Origin: a virus
Taxonomy: Duplodnaviria > Heunggongvirae > Uroviricota > Caudoviricetes
Direction: 5' to 3' (one strand)
IMG/VR virus record: IMGVR_UViG_3300029862_000001
Location: 53,276-117,275 of that record
DNA: 64,000 nucleotides
Part shown: piece after piece, positions 1-7,434 of the stretch
Layout of the letters: every line of letters starts with the position of its first letter
Numbering within the stretch: the first letter of the stretch is position 1
Translations under genes and position numbers: made by a program
The notes under the pieces: model-generated
Databases searched by the model: none
Seen by the model: the letters and a program-made list of their open reading frames with translations, nothing else
What the model was told of the DNA's origin: nothing

Positions 1-21
1 GGAGAGGGAGGGCACTCTCTT

Positions 22-272
22 CCAACAAGATTAAGACTTACAGCGTTTTAAAACAGTATTCTCTACCAACAAGATTAAGACTTACAGCGTTTTAAAACAG
101 TATTCTGTAGGGTTTACCAACAAAATAAAGTATGATAGCGTTTTAAAACAGTATTCTCTTCCAACAAGATTAAGACTTACAGCGTTTTAAAACATCATTC
201 TCTTCCAACAAAATAAAGTATGATAGCGTTACCAACAAAATAAAGTATGATAGCGTTTTAAAACAGTATTCC
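22..272. repeat. Tandem direct-repeat array (~6 units of 41-44 bp in two alternating subtypes, each carrying the palindrome GTTTTAAAAC)
   Basis: Units at 22-64, 66-106, 117-159, 161-203, 205-230 (partial) and 232-272. Subtype A is ccaacaagattaagacttacagcgttttaaaacagtattct; subtype B is ccaacaaaataaagtatgatagcgttttaaaacagtattct. Units are contiguous with no unique spacers. Confidence 0.85.
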
Positions 273-319
273 ATAGGCTGGTAGTAAGTGAAATGTTTAA
301 CAATTAAAACATAAACAAC

Positions 320-526
320 ATGAACGTAGACTTTGCGCCTGACTTAGATTTGAGTAAGGAGGTAGAAGGTTTTATTTTTGGGGTGAAAGGAATAGAAGGT
401 AGTGATGGTATAGTATATGCTATTACAGTTGTGATAGGTGTATTTTTTTATGATTGTTATAAGGATAAATGTTTGTTATCGCGTAGTGATAGTTGTATAG
501 AACAGGCTGCCATAGAGGGGGAGTAG
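320..526 (+). CDS. hypothetical protein (68 aa)
   Basis: ATG at 320 immediately downstream of the repeat array; A-rich upstream leader; no recognisable motifs. Confidence 0.3.
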   Translation: MNVDFAPDLDLSKEVEGFIFGVKGIEGSDGIVYAITVVIGVFFYDCYKDKCLLSRSDSCIEQAAIEGE

Positions 527-714
527 GCGGCGCCTTGGGCTAAGGCCTGCGGTTGTAGGTGGAACGTAGGTCGGAGCAGAGCCGGGACAGTTTGTTGTGG
601 AACTAAAAAAAATAAAAAGGAGGAGATAGCGATATGAAAAAAGGCATTTAAGATATTTTCTATTATGTTTGTCATAGAAATAGTGCTGATAGCTATTTTA
701 GATGCTATGGCGTA

Positions 715-841
715 AGTGAGAAAAATTTCTTCATTAATTTTCTTATGCTTTAGACAGAGTGCTCCCGTCTGCGAAGATCGGAGCACTTGCTTTATGGGAT
801 TCATGGTGCGGTAGGTCGGTTCGATTCCGGCGATCTCACAC
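715..841 (+). ncRNA. tRNA-like element (T-arm GGTTCGATTCC plus acceptor-like 3' strand closed by a distal GTGAGA/TCTCAC stem)
   Basis: Canonical T-arm gtcgg-ttcgatt-ccggc at 815-831, then gatctcaca. The 5' partner gtgaga lies at 716-721. A full cloverleaf could not be folded by eye. The 3' ~45 nt are near-identical to the element at 1607-1689. Ends 28 nt before the start codon at 869. Confidence 0.4.
759..786 (+). other. Hairpin with conserved 12-nt loop GTCTGCGAAGAT (7-bp stem gtgctcc/ggagcac)
   Basis: Read directly from sequence. The same loop sequence recurs in the terminator hairpin at 5399-5426 with a different stem. Confidence 0.6.
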
Positions 842-868
842 AACATTAAAAACAAAGGAGGAAAGAAA

Positions 869-1216
869 ATGAAAGATGGTATTACATTACATCCAGAACA
901 CGGATTGAATCCGTCTATAGAAGTCTGCATGATATGTGGCGAAGAGATGGGGATTGCTTTATTAGGGAATAACATCAAGGGGCAGGCGCCGCATCATATA
1001 TGCACGGGAGAGATATGTGACAATTGCAAAAAGATAATAGATGACGGAGGTTGTTTTATTATCGAAGTCGAGGATGGATCAGATCAAAAGAATCCGTATC
1101 GTACAGGGAGATATTGCGCGATAAAGAAAGAGGCAGCAAAGAAAATACTTGGACAGGAACATAGTGTTGTGTACATGGAAAAGTCTGCATACAGTCAAAT
1201 AATACCACAAAAATAA
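869..1216 (+). CDS. hypothetical Cys-rich (CxxC...CxxC) zinc-ribbon protein
   Basis: ATG with strong RBS aaaggaggaaagaaaATG; MICGEE...CDNCKK motifs. Confidence 0.6.
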   Translation: MKDGITLHPEHGLNPSIEVCMICGEEMGIALLGNNIKGQAPHHICTGEICDNCKKIIDDGGCFIIEVEDGSDQKNPYRTGRYCAIKKEAAKKILGQEHSVVYMEKSAYSQIIPQK

Positions 1217-1224
1217 AGAAAGAT

Positions 1225-1548
1225 ATGTTTACAAAAGAAGAGCGATTATTCATTTGGAAAAAGGTATATGAGGAGATCGAAAGGTTAGAGGATGGGGATT
1301 ATATATGCGTCATGTTGAGAAATATAGTATTTAAGTTTTTCAGTACTCCTAAAAAAATAGAATCCATTTATGGGTTATATTTAGATAAACTGGTGAAAAC
1401 ATATTTCCCGGAATTGGAGGAAAAGAAAAGTATGACTACAGAACCAGAAGAAGAATGGAGGATATATGGATGGTTTGGTTGTATTAGTCCAGAAACGAAG
1501 GAGGTGAGGCTAAATATTGTGAAAGATATTATAAAAGAGTTAGAATAG
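1225..1548 (+). CDS. hypothetical protein (107 aa)
   Basis: ATG start; tightly packed after the previous gene. Confidence 0.5.
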   Translation: MFTKEERLFIWKKVYEEIERLEDGDYICVMLRNIVFKFFSTPKKIESIYGLYLDKLVKTYFPELEEKKSMTTEPEEEWRIYGWFGCISPETKEVRLNIVKDIIKELE

Positions 1549-1606
1549 TATTTTTGTTAATCTATTTTATTCATCAAATTAAGTTTTGGGTTTTGGCATG
1601 TCGGTT

Positions 1607-1689
1607 CGTGAGAATAGGCATGTCTATTTCTGTATCATAGAGGGATGGCGAGGCGTGCCGGTCCTGGTTCGATTCCGGGCATCTCACAA
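1607..1689 (+). ncRNA. tRNA-like element, second copy (~82 nt)
   Basis: T-arm cctgg-ttcgatt-ccggg at 1663-1679, then catctcaca; 5' gtgaga at 1608-1613 pairs with tctcac at 1682-1687. The 3' end and downstream leader (atctcacaaacaataaaacaaaagag) are near-identical to the element at 715-841. Precedes the start codon at 1709 by ~20 nt. Confidence 0.4.
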
Positions 1690-1708
1690 ACAATAAAACA
1701 AAAGAGTT

Positions 1709-1942
1709 ATGAGAATATACAAGAATGATATTATAAAGGCGTCAGCGATAAGCACCGGCGATGACAGGGGATTATTACTATGTTCAATAACGGATTCAGG
1801 CTTTACGTCTATAGCTGGTGTAATATCGGCTATTAAAGACAAGTTGCCAGGCAAAGATCATAAGAAGATGATTTTTGAAATACGGAATGATGGAAGAAAC
1901 GAATATGGCAGATATAATAATTGCGGAACAAAAGTATTGTAA
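1709..1942 (+). CDS. hypothetical protein (77 aa)
   Basis: ATG start after the tRNA-like element; no motifs. Confidence 0.4.
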   Translation: MRIYKNDIIKASAISTGDDRGLLLCSITDSGFTSIAGVISAIKDKLPGKDHKKMIFEIRNDGRNEYGRYNNCGTKVL

Positions 1943-1998
1943 TAAAGAGTAGAAAACAATATGTTTATGTAATATTAGTTTTTTCATTTTTATTGAAA

Positions 1999-2028
1999 GG
2001 AGCGCCGGCCTGTGAAGGTATGCGCTCT
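1999..2028. terminator. GC-rich hairpin ggagcgc/gcgctct, T-rich on the + side
   Basis: Stem 1999-2005 / 2022-2028. On + it is followed by tttgtatttatat and could terminate the 1709..1942 gene. On - it lies ~17 nt downstream of the orphan IS right-end copy. Confidence 0.4.
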
Positions 2029-2044
2029 TTGTATTTATATAATG

Positions 2045-2165
2045 CTTGACATACTCCCATCGCTAAAGCAAACGGGATTCTTGGATACAAACGTACGGAA
2101 CCCCCGGTTTTACAATCGTTGGAATCACCCGCACTTTCCAACTCGGAAATGCCCTTCCGAGGTCG
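2045..2165 (-). mobile_element. Orphan IS200/IS605 right-end (omega-RNA scaffold-like) copy with no adjacent tnpB
   Basis: ~120 bp, ~80% identical and co-linear with 63176-63292, which is the 3' end of tnpB plus its right end. Similarity stops at exactly the same point in both copies (cttgacatac...; on the - strand the element ends ...GTATGTCAAG). No surrounding TnpB-like coding sequence. Confidence 0.55.
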
Positions 2166-2252
2166 CAAGACAGGGCAAATATAATGTTTAATTATCATCT
2201 GACACATAAATGGGATCAGTATTACCATTAAATAACATAAAACAATAATAAT

Positions 2253-2507
2253 ATGACAGATAATAACATAGATGTGAATATCGTACCTGTAAAGAATGGT
2301 GCGAAACGTGTTGTGGTATCATATTACCATTATTCACGCAAGGACAAAAATCACATGAGTTCCCAAACGGATTACGTTTGGGAAACAAAGAATGAAGAAA
2401 TGTTTAAATACTTTGAGGCCAGGAGGACAAAAGTATTTTATAGTCAGATTCGTGCCATGTGTAGATTCTATGGCAAGAAAAATGTACGTAAATACAAAAA
2501 GTTATGA
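2253..2507 (+). CDS. hypothetical protein (84 aa)
   Basis: ATG start; basic C-terminus. Confidence 0.45.
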   Translation: MTDNNIDVNIVPVKNGAKRVVVSYYHYSRKDKNHMSSQTDYVWETKNEEMFKYFEARRTKVFYSQIRAMCRFYGKKNVRKYKKL

Positions 2508-3313
2508 TATTAAAAACGACAACCAACGAGTTTTGTTTCATTAACGTAAGTTTCTATGAAACAATAGCAGATCCTCGCTATTTCTTTGAACAAGATTATA
2601 AAGAGATGCCGGAATATGAGGAGGAATTAGATTTTGATTTTGATTCTTATTGCAATAAGTTTATTCCTTTTGTACAGGAATGGGCGAATAAGGTGGGCGA
2701 ACGCCTTTATGAATATGGTGTGAATAACATAAAGGTAATATCGGTCGGACATCCAAAAGATCGCAATTATGGTACTGATTGGATGGATGTAAGGGTAGAG
2801 TTTTGTGATGAATGGAGGCAAAAGATGTTATCTAACATTGGTAAGATTGTTAATGATGATAAATGCAAGAAGTATGCGGAGGCTAATTACCGGTCGGTAT
2901 CAGGATACATCTTTTTAGGACCTGAAGATTTAGAGGAATTTGAAAAGGAAATAATAGAAAGAAAGTCAGATTCGGGATATGATGTAACAATATTGTTAAA
3001 TATGTATCTAACTTTGGCTTTTGTAAAAGAATTTGGATTTAAAGCCGGAGAAGCATGGAGTGAAATAACAGAATATGCTTACGGATGTTTGTCGTATTCT
3101 GATTTTGCAACAACAGAGATGCTTATACCGGAAGGTTCGGAGCATTTATTCAAAGACATTTACACGGCAAAGGCCGACGAATTATATCATCATGTCCTGG
3201 ATAAATTCGGATGGGCGTGGCGTGATCCGAAATATAAGTCAGAAACAGAATTATGCGCGATGCTAAAGTGGGTAAAAGAAAAAGGCTTGACCATTGAAGA
3301 GTTAAGTATTTAA
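2504..3313 (+). CDS. hypothetical protein (269 aa)
   Basis: ATGA overlap with the upstream gene; long ORF with no competing frame. Confidence 0.6.
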   Translation: MILKTTTNEFCFINVSFYETIADPRYFFEQDYKEMPEYEEELDFDFDSYCNKFIPFVQEWANKVGERLYEYGVNNIKVISVGHPKDRNYGTDWMDVRVEFCDEWRQKMLSNIGKIVNDDKCKKYAEANYRSVSGYIFLGPEDLEEFEKEIIERKSDSGYDVTILLNMYLTLAFVKEFGFKAGEAWSEITEYAYGCLSYSDFATTEMLIPEGSEHLFKDIYTAKADELYHHVLDKFGWAWRDPKYKSETELCAMLKWVKEKGLTIEELSI

Positions 3314-3376
3314 TTGTTAAACATAAGGCAGTATTGGTGCGTGAGTATAGGTGCTGCCGTTAAAATATTTTATAAG

Positions 3377-3625
3377 ATGAAAAAAGAAGAGATTCAAACT
3401 ATTTTATACACAATCAAAGAAGGAGACAGTATTAAAATCAAAGTACAAGACAAAAGTGAAGAGATAAGACTGCGGGATCATGTAAGAAGAGTACAGAAAT
3501 ACGGATACAGGTTTTGTTTGTCTCATTTACATGATGGAATTTTCTATCTGGAGAAGTTGAAAGAAGGGGATAAGGATAAATACTATAGAGTAATAAACAG
3601 AGGAAATGAAAAGACCGGAGTATAA
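3377..3625 (+). CDS. hypothetical protein (82 aa)
   Basis: Track start at 3314 is TTG; the first in-frame ATG is 3377 (MKKEEIQ...). Confidence 0.45.
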   Translation: MKKEEIQTILYTIKEGDSIKIKVQDKSEEIRLRDHVRRVQKYGYRFCLSHLHDGIFYLEKLKEGDKDKYYRVINRGNEKTGV

Positions 3626-3899
3626 TAAGCTACGCAAAATGGCTAAGACTACTCCAGGTCTGATAGTGGACGAGGTGCAAAACATGATGCGTGTATCGCT
3701 ATACGATAATGGGGAGCTTAAGAAGGTGGTAGTAGTAATGAAATGCGATTCTTTTTTACAGTCAAAAAGTAACATAGAAAAGATAATGTTATTATCATCT
3801 TCTATAGAAGATAGAAAAAACAAAGAAAAAAATAAAACAAAATCAGAAAATGAACAGAATAACAAAAATAAGAGAAGAAATAGGAGGAAAACAGGTTGA
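3606..3899 (+). CDS. hypothetical protein with highly basic K/R/N-rich C-terminal tail
   Basis: ATG at 3606 overlapping the previous gene; C-terminus KNKEKNKTKSENEQNNKNKRRNRRK. Confidence 0.4.
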   Translation: MKRPEYNKLRKMAKTTPGLIVDEVQNMMRVSLYDNGELKKVVVVMKCDSFLQSKSNIEKIMLLSSSIEDRKNKEKNKTKSENEQNNKNKRRNRRKTG

Positions 3900-4233
3900 T
3901 TTGACCTTTTACGGGCGCTTTTGCAGCCTTATCGAAGGTGATAGGGAGATAATACTAAGGGCAATAAAAAACGGTCGTAAAAAAGGCGTAATCGGGGCCA
4001 TTCAGCCTGGGAGACATGACAGAATTTGGACCACATGGTCTATTGCTTTTAACGATCTGAAGGTAGGGGATACGGTAGAGTTCAGTACATCTGGAAAATA
4101 CAATCCCGGATTTCATGCTACGGAAAAGTATGTAGGGTGTGTAGAATGGATAAAAGGGTCGGAATGTGCGATAAAAACCGGTAAGGGGATAGCAGTAGTA
4201 TTAATTAAACACGTGGAAAGGGTGATAAAATGA
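3850..4233 (+). CDS. hypothetical protein (127 aa)
   Basis: ATG start; overlaps neighbours by a few codons, typical phage packing. Confidence 0.5.
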   Translation: MNRITKIREEIGGKQVDLTFYGRFCSLIEGDREIILRAIKNGRKKGVIGAIQPGRHDRIWTTWSIAFNDLKVGDTVEFSTSGKYNPGFHATEKYVGCVEWIKGSECAIKTGKGIAVVLIKHVERVIK

Positions 4234-4514
4234 TGGATTTAAGAATGTTTATAGACCTATTTCAGGAGATTGAGGTAGAGAACTTGTTTAAGGCGTTAGA
4301 TTTATGTATGGAATATGTAAGATTAGATTTACATGTGTTTAATGTAGGAGCTCATGTAACGTGTTCATACAGCAATGATCTTGAATCTCTTTCACAGGCA
4401 GAAGGTTGTAATGTGAATATGATAATAGAGGTACCCTACTTATTCGAAGCATTCATGGAATATGCTTCACCGGAAATGAAGTTGTATTATGAAAAACTAA
4501 CAGAGATAGTATAA
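4230..4514 (+). CDS. hypothetical protein (94 aa)
   Basis: ATGA stop-start overlap. Confidence 0.5.
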   Translation: MMDLRMFIDLFQEIEVENLFKALDLCMEYVRLDLHVFNVGAHVTCSYSNDLESLSQAEGCNVNMIIEVPYLFEAFMEYASPEMKLYYEKLTEIV

Positions 4515-4515
4515 T

Positions 4516-4989
4516 ATGAAAGAAGAAGTAGAACGGATAAAGAAGTTGGTAGGCATAGATCATAACAGATGGGAGCAACCTTGTGCATGTGATAAATGCA
4601 AGAACATGTGTAAGGTTCCTTGTATTGGTACGCCAAAAAACATAGAGGCTATCATAGATGCCGGATACGCTGACAGGTTAAAAGAAACAATGTGGATGGT
4701 AGGGTATCTTGCAGTGAAAGAAAAACCAATAGCGATGATCCAGCCAACAGAGAAAGACGGGTGGTGCGCATTCCGCCAGCCAGACGGTCTCTGCGAGCTG
4801 CATGACCGTGGACTAAAGCCGACTGAAGGAGTTCTGGCTTCTTGTAAGGTGGTTGAAGAAGACAATGTCCCAACATATGAAACGTCTGTACTTAGAGCAG
4901 TAGCTCATGAGTGGGTTAAGGTGGAGAACTTTGGAAATGTAATGAAGGTCGTTTTTAAATTTTTGCATGAAAATGAACGTAGAAAATAA
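4516..4989 (+). CDS. hypothetical Cys-rich protein (CACDKCKNMCKVPC)
   Basis: ATG start 2 nt after the previous stop. Confidence 0.55.
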   Translation: MKEEVERIKKLVGIDHNRWEQPCACDKCKNMCKVPCIGTPKNIEAIIDAGYADRLKETMWMVGYLAVKEKPIAMIQPTEKDGWCAFRQPDGLCELHDRGLKPTEGVLASCKVVEEDNVPTYETSVLRAVAHEWVKVENFGNVMKVVFKFLHENERRK

Positions 4990-5377
4990 ATTAGATAAAG
5001 TGGTTAATATCCTAAAAGAAAAAGGATTTGTAGTATATAGAAAGGGCGGGAAGGAGCCAGGTGTGTTTTACGCTAAAGAAGGTGACAGCCGGATAGGATT
5101 CGTTTATCCCAACAACGGATATATATACGACAGGATAAAGATGTGGTCTTTTTCAAGGGTATATAAACCACATAAGAAAACCGGGTCTTCGTGCTTAATG
5201 TGTGTCAGCGACGAATTTACTATAGAGAATGCGATTAAGAACATAGAGGATAGACTGTGGGTAAATTACATAAAAGACGGTAACAGAAAACGACCAGAAG
5301 AATATAAAAATATAAGAGAATTTGTTGGTAGCTTCACTAAATTCTACAACTCTGTAGAATTAGTTGAGGTTAAGTAG
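4967..5377 (+). CDS. hypothetical protein (136 aa)
   Basis: ATG start overlapping the previous gene's end. Confidence 0.5.
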   Translation: MKMNVENKLDKVVNILKEKGFVVYRKGGKEPGVFYAKEGDSRIGFVYPNNGYIYDRIKMWSFSRVYKPHKKTGSSCLMCVSDEFTIENAIKNIEDRLWVNYIKDGNRKRPEEYKNIREFVGSFTKFYNSVELVEVK

Positions 5378-5398
5378 TTTTCCATGTAAGTTAGTTAC

Positions 5399-5432
5399 CG
5401 GCACTGGTCTGCGAAGATAGGTGCCGTTTTTT
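5399..5432 (+). terminator. Rho-independent terminator (stem cggcac/gtgccg, loop GGTCTGCGAAGAT, then TTTTTT)
   Basis: 7-8 bp GC stem followed by a T6 run, directly after the stop at 5377. The loop is identical to the hairpin at 759-786. Confidence 0.65.
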
Positions 5433-5452
5433 ATTCAAGAAAGGAGGACAAA

Positions 5453-5705
5453 GATGGAGAAAAGAGACAAGAAGATGCCTTACGAGGTAGTCATACAGGA
5501 AAGAAAAAGAGTGGATTTGTACGGTAACGTAGTGTATTATATCCATTGGTTTGATAAATATGGGGACAATATCACAAACGAATGGAAATTCTGGAGCAAG
5601 GGTCCGAAAAAGAAATACGATAGAGTTAATCGTTATCTAACGGATAGTTGGTTGAAGGAATACTGTGGGAATAACAATTTAAAGATAAGGAGAATAAAAG
5701 AATGA
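5453..5705 (+). CDS. hypothetical protein (84 aa)
   Basis: Track start at 5421 is GTG inside the terminator hairpin; ATG at 5453 has RBS aaggagg 7 nt upstream. Confidence 0.5.
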
Positions 5706-5815
5706 AAAATATAAAAGTAGATAAAGTGATATTATATTACATGGATCGGGTAGACCCTGACGGGAACTTATACCGGTTCTATGTGTATAAAGGAATGGCA
5801 TCTGAAATAGAATAA
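5702..5815 (+). CDS. small hypothetical protein (37 aa)
   Basis: ATGA overlap with the previous gene and RBS taaggag; below the ORF-track size cut-off. Confidence 0.3.
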   Translation: MKNIKVDKVILYYMDRVDPDGNLYRFYVYKGMASEIE

Positions 5816-5963
5816 TTTTGCACGGAAGAGGCAGGTAATATGACCATACCAATCGGAGAAGGAGAGTATGTCGAGATCGTACTTGACAACGGAGAGAAAC
5901 AATAGAACATATATCAGAATCGGTTATTAAAAAAATATATAGATGACCAAAAGAGGCATTGAT

Positions 5964-5990
5964 CCCCTGCTTAAAAGCAGGGGCTTTGCT
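5964..5990 (+). terminator. Perfect 8-bp hairpin cccctgct-taaa-agcagggg followed by cttTgct
   Basis: Seen in sequence, in a ~390-bp stretch of low coding density (5816-6098). Confidence 0.35.
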
Positions 5991-6098
5991 AAAGATCGTA
6001 AAGTGCGAAGAACCCAGGTTCAGGGGAGACGCGGCCTGTTCTGCGTGGCGTAAGGCTACAGTAGATGAAATTATTGAACATTTTAAAAACAGATAATT

Positions 6099-6512
6099 AT
6101 GGGATATATATGTACAAGATGTGGTGGAACAAATGTTGCCTGTGAAGCCATAGTAAATCCGAATACCGGAAAAATAATAGATTATTTTGATGGATCTTTC
6201 GCGCATGCTATTTGCTCGGATTGTGAAAACGAGGTAATAATATCCAACATTGAAGAAGTCAAACATGAAATTGATTTAAGATTTCATGAATTTGTAGAAA
6301 GAACAGGGAAGGAGCCTGAATACGTAGAATGTCAGATTGTGTGGAAAGAGACAGGAGACGATAAAAGAACGACAATCAAACTATCGCTGAGTATCAACGA
6401 TGATGATAATGATGATGTTTTTTATTATTGTAATGGAATAGAATCGTTTAAGCAACTTGCTGAATACGGGATGGTAAAATTTATCGTAACAGGTTGTTGG
6501 AATTTCTTTTAA
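6099..6512 (+). CDS. hypothetical zinc-ribbon protein (CxxC...CxxC)
   Basis: ATG start; CTRCGG...CSDCEN motifs. Confidence 0.55.
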   Translation: MGYICTRCGGTNVACEAIVNPNTGKIIDYFDGSFAHAICSDCENEVIISNIEEVKHEIDLRFHEFVERTGKEPEYVECQIVWKETGDDKRTTIKLSLSINDDDNDDVFYYCNGIESFKQLAEYGMVKFIVTGCWNFF

Positions 6513-6549
6513 GAAACATATGTAGTTATCATTTTTAATAACATATCTT

Positions 6550-6876
6550 ATGAAAACACAAGAAGAATATGCCCATGAAATTGACGAAATCGTTCGCCGG
6601 GATGTAGAGAGCTGCCAGAGTGACTGGTTTATAATCGACAAGGAGATATTTATGCAGCCAGAGAATAAGAACAAGGCATTTATTTTGGGAACAAGAAAGA
6701 CCGGGTGCGATATGATCGTACTTGGAGGTACTAATTGCAGTGGATCCAATATAGATCGGCTTTTCGGTTGCCTTGGCAATGAAAATTTCTATGTATGTCA
6801 GCCGTTATCTTTCTATAAATCACAACAAGAAATCCAGAAAGTAAATCCGCTTTATGCTTTCCCCGTTAATCAATGA
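6550..6876 (+). CDS. hypothetical protein (108 aa)
   Basis: ATG start. Confidence 0.5.
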   Translation: MKTQEEYAHEIDEIVRRDVESCQSDWFIIDKEIFMQPENKNKAFILGTRKTGCDMIVLGGTNCSGSNIDRLFGCLGNENFYVCQPLSFYKSQQEIQKVNPLYAFPVNQ

Positions 6877-7051
6877 TGATTACACTGGATTAACGGATGA
6901 AGAATGTGAGGAAATCCAACGCTTCTTGGAAGCAGCAGAAGGTTATCCGGTAGATGTAGATTTGGAAACACAAGGGTTTTACCGTTGTAATGACGCAGGA
7001 ACACTTCCCGGAGAGTGTGCAGATTTTATTTTTCATAAGTGTAATGATTAA
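6854..7051 (+). CDS. hypothetical acidic protein (65 aa)
   Basis: ATG start overlapping the previous gene by 23 nt. Confidence 0.35.
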   Translation: MLSPLINDDYTGLTDEECEEIQRFLEAAEGYPVDVDLETQGFYRCNDAGTLPGECADFIFHKCND

Positions 7052-7071
7052 CTTAAATAAAATACAAGATA

Positions 7072-7388
7072 TGGAAAAAGATTATTATTCTGCTACTACG
7101 AGCAAACATCAATGCTATGTTCGTAATGCGATACCAACTTGGGCAATGGTTTTCAGTGTAGGGGATAATATATCGGATACTGGTAATATGAGGTTTGTTG
7201 CCAGCAAACTGTGGCGGGCTGTGTCGGCAATGCACCGGGGCGCCGAGTTTCGGCACGGTCTGGTGGAGGACATCACCGGTCACCAGTGGAGTCTAAATCG
7301 GTACGAAAACGATTTGCTAACCGCTGGATGTCATAGGATAGCATATAACGAAATGGAGAGAATAGCAAAACAACTGGGATGGGTTTAA
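7072..7388 (+). CDS. hypothetical protein (105 aa)
   Basis: Internal ATG chosen; the track start at 6990 overlaps the previous gene. Contains a GC-rich codon-anomalous segment at 7190-7300. Confidence 0.45.
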
Positions 7389-7434
7389 GTAACCCATCTT
7401 GTTTTATTGATTACATAATTAAAAATAAAAAGAT

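Noticed and set aside
22-272. CRISPR array interpretation of the 5' repeats
   Set aside because: Units are contiguous tandem copies of only two alternating variants. The variable segments are 16 nt and not unique, so there are no spacers, and no cas genes are present.
457-978. Minus-strand ORFs overlapping + strand genes and RNA elements in the early block (457..978, 5679..6266, 6381..6779, 8667..9035, 10349..10678, 12969..13511, 23328..23792, 24186..24659 and others)
   Set aside because: They have low-complexity or hydrophobic translations, overlap better-supported + strand genes, and lack RBS. They are antisense artefacts of AT-rich sequence.
700-1700. Calling the two T-arm-containing elements canonical tRNA genes with an anticodon
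   Set aside because: No D-arm or anticodon-arm pairing could be found by eye despite a perfect T-arm, so they are reported as tRNA-like only.
1965-2228. 87-aa minus-strand ORF sharing YPRIPFALAMGVCQ with ORF 62904..63221
   Set aside because: The shared peptide is a by-product of the duplicated IS right-end DNA read in a non-tnpB frame, not a conserved protein.
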